Assembly: GCA_951406725.2 (NCBI GenBank)
Contig: OX597821.1
Coordinates: forward strand, 7,440,001 to 7,504,000
From: Octopus vulgaris
Lineage: Eukaryota
Length of the DNA: 64,000 nt
Reading direction: 5' to 3'
Shown in pieces: positions 38,657-52,894 of this stretch. Positions within the stretch are counted from its first letter, which is position 1. Each line of letters begins with the position of its first letter. A program made the translations under genes and the position numbers. Below the pieces are notes generated by a model. The model searched no databases. It was not told the origin of the DNA and saw nothing but the letters and a program-made list of their open reading frames with translations.

Positions 38657-39300
38657 CAGTGATTTTCAACTGAAGTCCACAAGACCCTTGGGGGTTCATA
38701 TGTGACTTAGTTGTTAAAAATTAGGTACAGGCAAGGCTGTGTGGTAAGTAGCTTGCTTACCAACCACATGGTTCCAGGTTCAGTCCCACTGCATTGCACT
38801 TTGGGCAGGTGTCTTCTATATTCTCAGGCCAACCAAAGCCTTGTGAGTAGATTCGGTAGATGGAAAGAAGCCCATCATGTGTGTGTGTGTGTGTTTGGGT
38901 CTGTGTTTGTTCCCCATCATCGCTTACCAACCCCAACCGGTGCTGGTGTGTTTACATCATTGTAACTTAGTGGTTCAGCAAAAGAGACTGATAGAATATG
39001 TATCAGGCTTACAAAAAAAGCACTGGGTTCGATACATTCGATTAAAAATTCTTCGTGGCCATGCTGGGGCATCATGCTGGTGCCCCAGCATGGCCACGGT
39101 GTAGTGGCTGAAGCAAGACAAAGATAAAAGAATAAATCAGTTAATTTCTTACAATAAACAAATAATTTAACAATTTTTTTCTTATACTATTCCTGATAAT
39201 ATTTAATTATATAAACATGGATTTTTTAAAACTGCAAATGGCTAAAGGAGTCCACCAGAGTAAAATAGGAATGAAAAACAAAGATGTTTGAGAATCACCA
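38657..39300. mobile_element. hAT MITE interrupted by SINE A (about 38724-39135)
   Basis: CAGTGATTTTCAAC ... TTTGAGAATCACC; SINE A head and tail inside. Confidence 0.65.
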
Positions 39301-41092
39301 TTTTGGGGTTTGGTTTTTTTTACATGTTGCTGCTATTTCTAGCTACTTGGGTGGATCACATAAAGGTTCCCAGCACATTGTTGGTGGTCATTCATCAGTT
39401 GAGATGAATGACTGTTCGCATCCTCCTCCCCTGTCACACCACTGTCCCTCTCTATTCTAAAGTGGACTCTGTCATCACATACAGTTGTAGTACTATGCTC
39501 CAAGCCACACAGCCACCACTCCACTCCTCTTTGTTGTTTGGAGAGACTGTTTTGAGTGGCTGAATTAAGGATAACCATTCTAACAATGGATCAACAGATA
39601 AGCAATTGTGTGGAGTGGTGTAATGGCTTCAGTGGTTATCTTCCTACTTATGTGCTCCTTCCTTCCTTCTGCCATGTCTGTGTGTGTGTGTGTCATAGTA
39701 TATGTATGTGTGCATGTTTGAAGGGATAGAATCTGAGGATAGTAGAGTCACCATGGCTGGCATTTCTTAAAGATGGACAGCAACGTATTGACTGTTTAAC
39801 GGCTGGCGTAAAATTTTGAACTTGATGTAAAAGAAAAATCATAAACACCAAGTTTTGAAGTGATTCTTTCTCACAACAGTAGACTCACCATGGCAAGCAT
39901 TCAAAACTTCTTCATCATGGACGGCAACACATTGAAGATTAAAAGGCTGGTGCAAATTTTTTAGCTTGATGTAACAGAGAATTCCTAAACACTCACTCCT
40001 TTAAATTTTAATCCCCTTCCAGCCCCATTTAAACCCCTTTTCACATTTTGGTTAATATAACCCGATTTCCTTCGGGTCTACTGGAGCCACATTTTATAAG
40101 ATGAGGAATTTTGTCCTAGAGGTCACGCCTTTCATTTGAGGAAAAAAATAGTTGTCATGCAAACTTGCCAGCACTTTTAACATAGGTGTGCGTATTTTCA
40201 GCTGAACCGACTGACCACATAATGCACACATTCATCATCATCATCATCATCGTTTAACGTCCGTTTTCCGTGCTAGCACGGGTTGGACGGTTCGACCAGG
40301 GTCTGGGGAGCCAGGGGCTGCCCCAGGCTCATATATGTATATATGTGTGTGTGTGTGTGTGTGTGCACGCATTATATATACAAATGTATACAAATTATAT
40401 ATATATATATATATATGTATAAATTAAATTAGAGATAAAACCTCTAATAGGCAAATCAAACAGTGAAAAACCAAAAACAAAAACATAAAAATATAATATA
40501 GAAAATATAAAATTAAAAAATTTAAATTATTTAAATTTAAAATAAAAATTATTAAATTATATTTATAATTTGTTTAAAAATATATATAACTATCAAAAAG
40601 TATTAAAACGTTTAATATACATAAATACAGATATATACACTTTGTATATATACATTATATACATATTTATATATAGAACACACACACACACACACATATA
40701 TAAATGAACGCAAGAAATATCTGATTCATAATATTTGTTCTCATGATTGTGTGTTGTTTGTGCCGATGATAATTCTCTCTATGAATGCAGACAGCGAGAT
40801 AAAGAACACCGTTTGACGAAGTTATAAAGGGAAAGTGAAGGGGAGTTATACGGGAAGGGAGGAAATAGCATGAGTGAGGAAGACAGATACGTAAAAGAAT
40901 GGGAGTGGACTTGTCAAAGTGGGTTTTTGGCCCTAGCAACGACACCTTTTAAGATAGTGGTTTCTAAGGTAGCCCACGGGCATCGTCACCTCATTTTACA
41001 TGTCCCTGTAAATTTTGGAGTCAATCCAACGGGATGTAGTGGCCTTGAAAGTGATCCAAGCGGTGGAAACGCATTTCAGTTTTATATATAGA

Positions 41093-41145
<53 letters not shown>

Positions 41146-41244
41146 GGTGTATACATATATGTATTTATGTATACTTGTATGGGGGTGTGTGCATATATAT
41201 CTATCTACATACATATACATCTTTATATATCTCTATACTCTTCA

Positions 41245-41278
<34 letters not shown>

Positions 41279-42283
41279 AGCACACACATACACACACTCT
41301 CTTATGTAAGTTCAACCCATGGTGATTAGAGCAAAGCAGGTGCGGTTGTGAGTTCTAAGCATTGTTTACATTTATACAGTTGTTAGTGGGAGTTTTTTTT
41401 TTTTTTTTCTTTCCAATAATCTACAGTTGTTGTGTAAAAGAACCAGAATGTATCAGTCCATATAATTGGAAAAGTTACGGATGTTTCAAAAAACTCCGTC
41501 CTCCTTTCATTTCATCAGCTATTACTAACATTAAAACATTGATCCACGCATCTATTTATTTTATTTATATTAAGGCAAACATGTGGCTTTGTGGTTTCCT
41601 GACTACATGGTTCCAGGTTCAGTCCCTCTGCGTGACTCCTTGGCCAAGTGTCTTCTATATCTTCAGGATCCACCAAAGCCTTGTGAGTGGATTTGACAGA
41701 CGGAACCTGAAACAAGCTCACCATATATATATATATATATAATCATCATCGTTTAACATCCACTTTCCATGGGTTGGACAGTTTGACTGAGGACTGGCAA
41801 GCCAGGAGGCTGCACCAGGCTCCAATCTGATCTGGCATGGTTTCTACAGTTGGATACCCTTCCTAATGCCAACCACTCTGAGAGTGTAGTACAGTGGGTG
41901 CTTTTTATGTGCCACCTGCATGAGGGCCTGTCAGGTGGCACTGGCATCAACCACACTCGAATGGTGCTAAAAAGCAGTTGGACACCCTTCCTAATGCCAA
42001 CCACTCCAAGAGTGTTGTGCAGTGGGTGCTTTTTATGTGCCACCGGCATGGGTGCCAGTTAGGCAGCACTGGCATTGGCCAAGACTAAGATTTTGCTTGA
42101 CTTAGCAGGTCTTCTCAAGCACAGTATACCACCCGATGATTCAAGGGTACTTTTAAACGGGATGGTTATGTGACACTGGTATTGGCCACAGCTACAATCT
42201 CACTTGACTTGATGGGTCTTCTCAGTCACAACATATCTCTAAAGAGATAATGGAAAATCAAAGGTTATGTAATGAACTTCATT

Positions 42284-42365
42284 AGCTTACAGCTGTTTCC
42301 ACTATAAGTTTGCAGTCAACTCCTACTTGAGTTCCTGGATAACATGCTATAGCTTCATCAGAGCC
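42284..42365 (-). ncRNA. Type-I hammerhead ribozyme-like motif with long stem II
   Basis: GGCU-CUGAUGA-AGCUAUA...UAUAGUG-GAAA-CAGCUG-UA-AGCU. Confidence 0.55.
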
Positions 42366-42649
42366 TTGAACATGAAGTTCACTTTATTTGGGAAAATTAC
42401 GTTTTCAGTCCATACAGGCATTATGAGTGAAAAAGTCTATCTTGATGCCTATGGAGAATTCTGTCCAAAAGTAGGAAAAAACTTGCAAATATATGCATGT
42501 GCCTTTCGGTGTCATCTCTTAGTTCCTCTTACCATTCTATACTTATCTAACATCGTATTCTGAAGCATATGTGTATTGAGTTCTACATCAGGTTATTAGC
42601 CTCACTATGCCTAAACGATATATTGAAATATATATATATATATATATAT

Positions 42650-42932
42650 ATGATGATGGCTGTCCACTCGTGACCGAGGAAGACCATTGCCGATCTTCAG
42701 GAACATTGTGCGTTCTAGGACTAACTTATATTTTGCATTTGCGGCTCCGTTGGTGGCAAATGAGCCCTGCTCTTGACAAGCATACACAACTGCAAACATT
42801 GCAGACCAAGCTTTCCCCATTCACTATACGAGCCGTGCGCTTTCGTGCAGCTTGCTTAAGTTCTTCATGCTGGATACGTGCTCTCTCAAAAGTGTCGATT
42901 CCTCCCTTAACTTGCTTCCTCCATCTGTGGCA
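42650..42932 (-). pseudogene. 3' end of a second RTE-clade LINE with C-terminal zinc finger
   Basis: RWRKQVKGGIDTFERARIQHEELKQAARK...LVCNVCSCVCLSRAGLICHQRSRKCKI*; short 3' UTR ending (CAT)n. Confidence 0.8.
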
Positions 42933-42946
42933 TGTATATGTGTATG

Positions 42947-42993
<47 letters not shown>

Positions 42994-43598
42994 GTGTTTG
43001 CATGCATTTGTGTGTGTTTGCGGTTCCTTGTGTTGAGGTCATCTGATTGTGTAAATGAGTGCTTTTGATTTCCAATATTCTACAACAAAATGTCTCACCA
43101 TAGGGAAATGTTAGCTTGCTTGGAAACGGGAGGGATAGCAGCAGGAAGGAGCATCTGGCTCTGGGATGTCCACATTTGGGTAATACTGTCCCAAATGTGA
43201 AAGCAAAATTCTCACTGTGGGCTTCATCTGCATTTCGTAGAGTATCATTGATTATTGGGCATTGAAGGGCATGTATGTCTCTGGCGCTGCAAACTGCATA
43301 ATAGCCATATATACACACACACACACACACATGTATATATTTATAAACTGATACCAGAATATACACACATGCACATGTATATATTCCTAAATTAATACCA
43401 GAAAGTCTGGCACAAATCTAGGACCGGAGGCATTGTTTATATAGATTCATGTTCGTAGTCATCATCATCATCATCATCAACACTATTATTGTCATCAACT
43501 TTGTTATTGTTGTAGTTAATGAAATACTATCAAACCACTACCCCTACACACATGCACATCCTCTCTCTTACACACACACACACACACACATGCACATC

Positions 43599-43630
<32 letters not shown>

Positions 43631-44987
43631 GACATAAACACAAAGAGTCTGACAAGGTATAATAACAATAAATAGTATATTTTACTTCCTGAAAATAACT
43701 GTTTGAAGACAATTATCTACTTCGAGTAATAATAACAACAATAATAATAATAATAATAATGGTAATAATGTTTATGATGATGATGATGATAATAATTATG
43801 ACAAAAAGTAATAGTAGTAGTAGTAGTAGTAGTAATATCAACAACAACAATGATGATAGTGACTATTATTATTATTATTCCTTATTCCATTTCCAAGGAA
43901 AAAAAAGTTAATTCTCCTGGTATTTCAAAATACATTTTTAAACAAGTAAACACCAGATGGCAAATATTATTTTCAACTCAGAGAAACATGTTATCCCAAC
44001 ATTCATTAAAAAAAAAACCATTCTTACATGATATTACATACACACACAGTGTGTGTGTGTGTGTGAAGGGAGGAAGTTTAGTAGTTAGGCTATCGCACTC
44101 ATGATCCCAAGATTGTGGTTTCAAGACCAGATGTGCACTGTGTTCTTCAGCAAAATACTTCATTTTATGCTTCTCCAGTCTGCTCAGCTGTAAATAGGTG
44201 ACCCTGTGATGGACTGGCCTTCTACTCTGAAGGCAGTGCTGGCCTGCCCGACTACTAAAGCCTCAGCTCAACCAAGGCCTTGTGAGCTGATTTGTATGTG
44301 TGTATTTGTGTTAGTCTGCACCTCACTGTTTGACAAATTCTTCTTGATGTGTTTATGTCCCCATAGCAGTTCAGTAATAGGGATCAATAGAAAAATACTG
44401 GGGTTGATTCATTTGACTAAAAATTCTTCAAGGCAGTGCCCCAGCATGGCCAAAGTCTAATGACTGAAACAAAAGATTATATATATATATATATATATAT
44501 ATATAATGGTGGAAATTAACTTCTGACCGAGTAAGAGCACTTCCTAAACTTAGAAAGTCAGTGCAAACATCTCCAAGAGTTCAAGAAGTTCCTGCACGTG
44601 AATTTACTTTGAGTGGAGAAAGTGTTGCACTGCACTGAACCGACTTTCTAGTGCAGTCGGTTATAACACCAGTGGCTCAACTGTGATTGAGATGGCCAGG
44701 AACCAAATGCATCTCAGGGTTTTTTTTTTTTTTTTTTTTTGTTTTTTTTGTATATGAGTTTACCTTCTGAAAAGAACAAGGGGTCCTTGTCTCCTGTTGG
44801 ATCACATGCTTATTAACCTATAGTTGGGACCCTAGCAGGTGCTGATATTCCAGATCAGAATAGACCTGAGGACAATAGCAGCTAATAGGTGGTACCATAC
44901 TCCTCAAAACTCTGGGACTCCTGTGTTAGGGCCCTTCTACCAGATGTAATTTGAAGTCATGCTTACACACACACTCACACTCACACT

Positions 44988-45305
44988 GGCACTCTATCAA
45001 TTATGACAAAGATTCCAGTTGATCCAATCAACGGAACAGCCTGCCTGTGAAATTAACACGCAAGTGGCTGAGCACTCCACAGACATGCATACCCTTAACA
45101 TAGTACTCAGGAAGATTCACTGTGACACAGAGCGTGACAAGGCTAACCCTTTGAAATAGAGGTGCAACTCATTTGTGCCAGCGGAGTGGACTGGAGCAAT
45201 GTGAAATAAAGTGTCTTGCTCAAGGACACAACATGCTGCTGGGAATTGAACTTGCGACCTTACAATCATGAGCGAAATACCCTAACCACTAAGCCACATG
45301 CCTTC
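44988..45305 (-). mobile_element. SINE family C, full length
   Basis: Head TGGCTTAGTGG ... AGTTCAATTCC; core CCTTGAGCAAGACACTTTATTTCACATTGCTCCAGTCCAC. Confidence 0.85.
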
Positions 45306-45897
45306 ATGTATATATAAGCAAATCCAAAAAGAAAAACAGGAAAAGTCAATTAGACGTACACCGTGAATATATTATACTGATGGTCAGTGGAAGTTTTAGA
45401 TGGTAAAATAGGAATGGAAATGACGTTTTGAGCATGGCTCTTCATCAGATAGGGGAAAACGTCCGGAGAGGAAGAAAAGGAGGAAGGAACCGATAGTCTG
45501 GAGAAACGTATGTATGTCATTGCATGGCCTAATATGTGTGTATATATGCACACATACATATATGTATATATGTATGCATATCATCATCATCATCATTTAG
45601 CGTCTGCTTTCCATGCTGGCATGGGTTGGATGGTTCAACTGGGGTCTGTGAAGCCAGAAGGCTGCATCAGGCCCAGTCTGATCTGGCAGTGTTTCTACAG
45701 CTGGATGCCCTTCCTAACGCCAACCACTCCGTGAGTGTAGTGGGTGCTTTTTACGTGCCACCCGCACAGGTGCCAGACGGTGCTAGAAAACGGCCACGGA
45801 CGGATAGTGCTTTTTACGTGCCACCGGCACGGGGGCCAGGCAAAGCTGGCAACGGCCACGATCGGATGGTGCTTGTATATATATATCCATATATACA

Positions 45898-45934
<37 letters not shown>

Positions 45935-45963
45935 ATATATACATGCATATATATATATATATA

Positions 45964-47203
45964 CACAGACATGAGAAGAAAATAGACATCCTTATAATCA
46001 TTAAACTTTATTTAAGTCTGAAATTATACATTCAAATTATTTATTAACTAATATAATGAGAATATTTAATCATTAGTAGACATGCCCATTGCATTTTCCA
46101 GTGCAAGGACCATATTTGGTATGTTACTGATCAGATGACGAATATTCTCTTGTGGAATTTCTTGCCAAGTTTCATGCAGTAATCTCAAAAGATTTGGCTT
46201 TGAATATACTTTCTTGTTCTTTTTATGAAGTGTCCTGTCCATTATGTCCCAGAAGTGTTCAATAAGGTTCATATCTGGTGACTGGTTTGGACAAGAAAAC
46301 TTTCTAATGCCATTCTCATCCAACAAATCTTGAGTCATTTTAGCTGTGTGACAAGGAGTCCCATCTTGCATAAATAAAGAATGTTCATTAATCATTTCAC
46401 CACTGGAGAAAATTGGAAGGAGCGCTTTCTGCAATATGGACACATATTTATCTGAGTTTATGTTTCCCTCACACTCCACCAGCTCCGATTAACCATTGCT
46501 CCAAGTTGCTCCCCAGACCATCACAGAATAGCTGCCATGTTTCATTGTTGGCTGCAATCTTTTCGCATCAAATTCTTGATCACAAAGTCCCCAGACCCAC
46601 ACTCGACCACTGTTAGGAAATACAGCAAATCTGGACTCATCAGAGAATATGACAGTGTCCTGTTAGTGGCCTCTCCACCATCTCACTGGCCCAATCTTTT
46701 CTCCACTTGATGTTGGCTGGTCGAAGAAGTGGTTTTCTTCTTACTGCTCTGTCATAGTAACCAAGTTTGTGGAGATACCTGACAGGTGTTCTGGGACTGA
46801 CATCAACTTATTCTGCTATGTCAGATGCCTTGCAATGAAGATTATCCTCCACACTTCTCTTAGCAAAGAGAAGGGTCTTGTCAGAGGGCCCTAAAGTGAA
46901 GTGATGTTGACTCTTTTCCCTCTCTGGTGAGTTGCACAATCACTCCATTAACTGTAGAAAACGGGATCCCAAGGCTTTCTGTGACTTTACACTGACTATG
47001 TCCACCTTCAGAATGACCCACAATACAGCCTCTTTGAAATTCAGACAGTTCCAAGGCTTCTTTTGTACATGGCATGATTAAACAGTCTCATATAGAACCT
47101 GAAACATAAAAATGTCAATTCATAAGAAATATAAACCTTTACAAGTTAGAATAAACAGTAAACGATGTTTTATGTGGAGTCTATTTACTTCTGTCATGTG
47201 TGC
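45964..47203 (-). mobile_element. Decayed full-length Tc1-like (DD34E) transposon
   Basis: N-terminal [12 protein letters not shown] (46881-47075), VIFSDESRF (~46640), FMQDGTPCH...SPDMNLIE with 34-residue spacing (46066-46479); imperfect TIRs; frame broken. Confidence 0.92.
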
Positions 47204-47221
47204 GAGTGTGTGTATATAAAT

Positions 47222-47353
47222 CAATGAAATTCCAATTTAGTCGGATTTTCACATTTTACTATTTGCAATTTTTACAATTTTACAATATTGAAATTGTAAA
47301 AATTGCAAATAATAAAACGTGAAAATCAGAAGAAGTTGAAATTTAATTGATTA
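47222..47353. repeat. AT-rich imperfect palindrome, ~60-bp arms
   Basis: GATTTTCACATTTTACTATTTGCAATTTTTACAATTT / AAATTGTAAAAATTGCAAATAATAAAACGTGAAAATC. Confidence 0.8.
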
Positions 47354-48584
47354 ATCTTCTATACCCAATCATACAAACTTGGATATATATATATATATAT
47401 ATCATGACAGGTTTCTGTCTACCAAATTCACATGCATGGCATCGGTCAGTGCTCAGCACTGTAGTAGAAGACACCTGGCCATTGTGTCTCAGCATGTGAC
47501 TAAACCTTCTGGCAGTGAATCAGTTTTCTCAGCTACCACAGCCATGCCCGTACCTATATCGTAAAATAATCAAGAACTAAATTACAACTATTCAATGAAC
47601 AACATATTTCATTTCAATTCTAAAAATTTCTTATAAGATTTAATTTGTATATATCAAAATAACCATAAATTTTATTTCTTAAGCATCCTCCTTTCTTCTC
47701 TTCAGCTTTAAATATCAAGTTTGTATCAAGAACATGATTGCTTTCTCAAGAATTTTGTGTAGAAAAGAATGTTTTTTTGTTGCATATTTTTTTATATATA
47801 TATATAACTGTTAATATAAAAATATGATTATGCTTCAATATGGAAATAGAAACTAGGAAAATAAATCTTTATTTTCAAGTATTTGTGTTTTATAAATATG
47901 TGTATGTGTTAGATATGTATCTATCAACACACACACATACACACACGTGTGTATGTATATATTTAACAGTATATATATATATATATGTGAGTACATGTGT
48001 ACACACATATGCACATATACACATATATATATATATACATACATTCATAAATATACACACATATATATACATAGATTTACACATTCATACACACTCATAT
48101 ATATTTATAGCTCCATCTGAGCAGGATCACTACCAGAGCAGCCGCCTGGCTTCCGTGCCGGTGGCACGTAAAAATCACCATTTGAGCATGATCATTATCA
48201 GCGTCGCCTTACTGGCATGTGGACAAAACATTTGAGCTATGTTGTTGCCAGTGCCACTGGACTGACTCCTGTGCAGGTGAAATGTAAAAAACACCATTTG
48301 AGCGTGGCCGTTGCCAGTACCGCCAGACTGGCCCTCGTGCTGGTGGCACGTAAAAGCACCCACTACACTCTCGGAGTGGTTGGCATTAGGAAGGGCATCC
48401 AGCTGTAGAAACTCTGCCAGATCAGATTGGAGCCTAGTGCAGCCATCTGGTTCGCCAGTCCTCAGTCAAATCGTCCAACCCATGCTAGCATGGAAAGCGA
48501 ATGTTAAATGATGATGATATATATATATATATATATATACATATAATATATATATATATCATTATCATCATCATCATGTGTATT

Positions 48585-48631
<47 letters not shown>

Positions 48632-48660
48632 ATACATGTATGTATGTCTGTGTGTGTGTG

Positions 48661-48692
<32 letters not shown>

Positions 48693-49150
48693 TACATACA
48701 TACATACATTCATGCACACAAACACACACACACACACATGTAATCGTTAGATTGTGCAAACGGTAGATATTTACAAATGATGTGAGTTCAAACCTCATGG
48801 ATAGCTTTTGATTTCTTCCATCGAAAGGAACTATTAAACCCAATATTCTGCACTCTATTACTTATTGCTTTATGTGCTTCAAGTTCCACTGTTCCAAAAA
48901 TGATTTCTATGACCTTGTATCTTTTACCTTTTGCTTGCTTCATTCATTTGTCTGTGGCCATGCTGGGGCACCATTTTAAAGGTTTTCTTACTCGAATGAA
49001 TCAAAACTAGTACTTCTTTTTTTTCTGTCAGCCTGGTCCCAATTCTGTCAATTTCTTTTTGCTGAACTGCTGAGAGGCAGAGATGTCAACAAACCAACAT
49101 TGGTTGTCAACCGGTGGTATCAATCACAGACACACACACAAACACACACG

Positions 49151-49193
<43 letters not shown>

Positions 49194-50709
49194 TTAGACA
49201 CGACTGGCTTCTATTGGTTTCTAACTACCAAATCCACTCATAAGGTTTTGGTTGACCTAAGGATATAGTAGAAGATACTTACCCAAGGTGCCACATAGTG
49301 GCACTGGACCCAGAAGTAAACTTTTCACCACACAGCCACAACTGCACATGTGGTATATAAAACAAACACATGACAAATGCTTGAAATTGCCAGGGTTCAT
49401 TAGAGCATTGGTTCCAGTCCTCCGTGGCCTGAGTTCAAACCTTGCCAAGGTTGGCTTTGACTTTCATCCTTCCGGACTTGAATAAACAAAGTACTTGTGC
49501 AGGACAGTAGATTGATGGAATTCTTAGAGTACCAGATGAGACAGATTCCCTTGCAGCTGGTTCTTCCTTGTACCATTCCTTATCTACAATGTAGTTTTAA
49601 GTGAAATTTTTGCAAGCTTGGCTTAAGTGAGGAGATAGTGGATATTATTTCAAGATGTCAGTGCATGAAATAAACATTAAGAAGTGTTGGGTGGCTGCAA
49701 GCGTCCTTCAAAGTTCTTACACACATACATCAATACACATGTACACATACACACGTGTGTGCACTTGCACGCACACACACAATGCAAAAAACAAAATATG
49801 AAATAGAGAGGTAGTCAGAGAGAGACAGAAAAGCAGAGAAGGAAAGAGAGAGACAGAATGTATGAGAGAGATAAGGGGGTGACAAAATGAGAGGCAGAAA
49901 AGGAAAGAGAGAGAAAGAGACAGAGTGAGAGAGGGGGGGGGGCAGGGGTGGACTGAGAGACAGAAGAAAAGAGTTAGATAGAGATACAAAGAGGGCTGCA
50001 AAGTGAAAGGCAGAGAAAGAAACGGGGGGGGGGTGAGAGAGGGGGAAGGGGTGCAAAGTGAAAGGCAGAGAAAGAAAGGAAGAGTTAGAGGCCAAGAGAG
50101 AAAGGAAAGATCTACACATGCTCTGAAACAAAAACAATGACAACAACAATTATAAAACCTAATTATATTATATATGTTAGTTAATTGCAAATGGAATTAT
50201 TGTCAATATTATTTAAAAGGGAAAATAGGTGGTGGAAGGAGAGATTGAGAATGATTAATTAAAAATATTGTTTCATTAAAATTTCTAATGAGAACAGACA
50301 AATGTTGATAATTGCTACAACTTTAGAAGAATCCGAAGACGAATAATGACAACAACAACAACAACAGTAATAATAATAATAATAACGGTGATTTATGTCC
50401 CACCAAAGTGACGGATGTGTGGTGGAGGTGGACAATACAGAGACGAACTTAAAATGGGGTGTGCAAAAGTAAATTTAATAGCCTTGGAAATTTAAAAAAT
50501 AAAATAGATATTTGCATTGTTTTAACTACTGTTTGAACAAATTCAAACACACGCACACACTCTTTTACTCTTTTACTTGTTTCAGTCATTTGACTGTGGC
50601 CACGCTGGAGCACCGCATTTAGTCGAGCAAATCGACCTCAGGACTTATTCTTTTGTAAGCCTAGACAACAAAAAGATATATTAGTATAACGCTCGGGAAG
50701 TGAAAAAGT

Positions 50710-50745
50710 CTTTAACGTTTCGAGCCTACGCTCGTCCACAGAAAG
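50710..50745 (-). ncRNA. Minimal hammerhead-like motif, A6U core (sister copies 52127-52161 and 53157-53192)
   Basis: CUUU-CUGUGGA-C-GAGC(GUAG)GCUC-GAAA-CG-UU-AAAG. Confidence 0.45.
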
Positions 50746-51049
50746 GAACACAGAAAGAAACAGGGAGAGAAAATAAAGAATGCGTAGTGGCTAGCAATCT
50801 ATCAAAGACAAGGCATAAATAATGGTTATTACCTTTTTCTTTATTGTTGTTGTAATAACTGTTATTTATGCCTAGTCTTGTATATCGCTCTGTTAAAAAC
50901 CAGTTTAACTGGAACACAACCACAGATTTACAAAAGAGAATGGTAATGAACTATAACCTGAGACTCTGCCACAAGAATACACAAAATTCTTTACTAATCT
51001 AAACAATATCGTTAGTCTGCTGTACTAACAGAGAGCTTAACAGTCCAGA

Positions 51050-51198
51050 AGTGGCAGTTCAGTAAGTAGTTTGCTCACCAACCACATGGTTCCAGGTTCA
51101 GTCCCACTATGTGGAACTTTGGGCAAGTGTCTTCTTCTATAGCCTTGGGCCAGCCAAAGCCTTGTGAGTGGATTTGGTAGACGGAAACTGAAAGAAGC

Positions 51199-51243
<45 letters not shown>

Positions 51244-51742
51244 ATGGTGGAGGTGCAATGGCCCAGTGGTGAGGGCAGCGAACTCTCAGTCATAGGATCG
51301 CAGTTTCAATCCCCATGAGGCTCCTTCTGTACTCTTTCACCTCAACCTTCTCTCACTCTTTCTTCCTGTATTTCAAAGGGCCAGCCTTGTCACACACTGT
51401 GTCACACTGAATCTCCCTGAGAATTACATTTAGGATACACGTGTCTGTGGTGTGCTCAGCCATTTGCACATTAATTTCACAAGTAGTCTGTTCTGTTGAT
51501 CAGATCAACTGGAACCCTCGTCACCGCTGACGGCGTGCCACAATGTATGCATGTGTGTGTGAGTGTGTGTTTATCACCCCACCATCGCTTGACAACCGAT
51601 GTTGGTGTGTTTATATTCCTGTAACTTAGTGGTTCAGCTAAAGAGACCAATAGAATATGTACTAGGCTTACAAAGAATAAGTCCTGGGGTGGTACTCCAA
51701 CATGGCTGCAGTTAAGATGACTGAAACAAGTAAAACAAAAGA
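51050..51742 (+). mobile_element. SINE A with SINE C (51248-51541) inserted at its microsatellite
   Basis: Family A head and tail flank a family C copy. Confidence 0.8.
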
Positions 51743-51840
51743 ATATATATATATAGTTTAACAATCCAATGGAGGTAGAATCAACAAAAAACGTGCTCCC
51801 TCTGGTGAGAGATAAATACTAATTTAAATACACAACCGAA

Positions 51841-51930
51841 AGAGCCACTAATAGTTTCATACTATTATGATACTTGAACAGAAATATTTATAAAATATTC
51901 CATTGTATCTTAAAGCAATCTTCAGGCCCT
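51841..51930 (-). ncRNA. Hammerhead-like motif with extended AT-rich stem II, probably inactive
   Basis: AGGGC-CUGAAGA-...-GAAA-CUAUUAG-UG-GCUCU; the inverted partial arm at ~51987 retains UA-GCUCU. Confidence 0.45.
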
Positions 51931-52853
51931 GCTTTCAGATACATGGTGTATTTTATAAATATGCCTGTTCAATTATCATAATAGCCTGAAACTATTAGTA
52001 GCTCTTTTGGTTGTGTATTTTTGATATAGATATATAGTTGAAATTTACAGTAAAACAAAGGACGAAGGACAGATGTATGAACCACAAGCAGGTGTAATAG
52101 TTTGGAGCTCAAGAAAGTAACATGTGTTTTAGGTTTCAAGCCTATGCTCTTCAACAGAAAGGAATAAGGGAAAATGTGTGTGTGTGTGTGTGTAAAATAT
52201 CTATTACTAGATAAAGATCCTTCCCCAGTCATATAGCCTCATGGGACTGATTTTTCCCAGTTTCCAGTGCTTGTCCACTGGATGTACTCATTTTTGCCAG
52301 CTCAGTGGACTGGGGCAATGTGAAAAAAAAGTATTTTGCTCAAGAGCTCAATGCATCACCCAGTCCAGGAATCGAAACCACAATCTTACGATCATGAGTC
52401 CAACACCCAAACATTAAGCCATGCACCTCCATACACACACACACACACACACATATATTGTGGAGTGTGGTGAATATATATATATATATATTAGCTGTGT
52501 GTGTGTACATAACCTGAATACCTTTCTGCCTGTACTGCAGTACTCGGGTACTCGCGTATATATTTGTCGTGTTTGCATTTTAATTTTGACCCAACCTGGT
52601 TCTTACTATTTAAGTGCCTGATTCACTTGAATCCTAGTCTTTTGTTATATGTATTTTCAAATTTGTGCAAATGTGTATAAAATAATATAACAATGGAATA
52701 AAGTTACAACATGGTCTGGTTTTCACGTATGAAAGCACTACTTGAACATACTAAATATTTTTTTATTGTTAAACACACTTCAACATGTAAAAAAATGTTT
52801 TTGAATACAATAACGGAACTGTGAAAACCAGACCATGTTGTAACTTTATTCAA

Positions 52854-52894
<41 letters not shown>

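Noticed and set aside
40780-41085. Possible GIY-YIG fragment (ITSSNGVLYLAVC, minus strand)
   Set aside because: Similarity too short to call
52701-52848. 28-bp inverted repeat as another ribozyme element
   Set aside because: The inverted repeat is real but no CUGAnGA-like core was found
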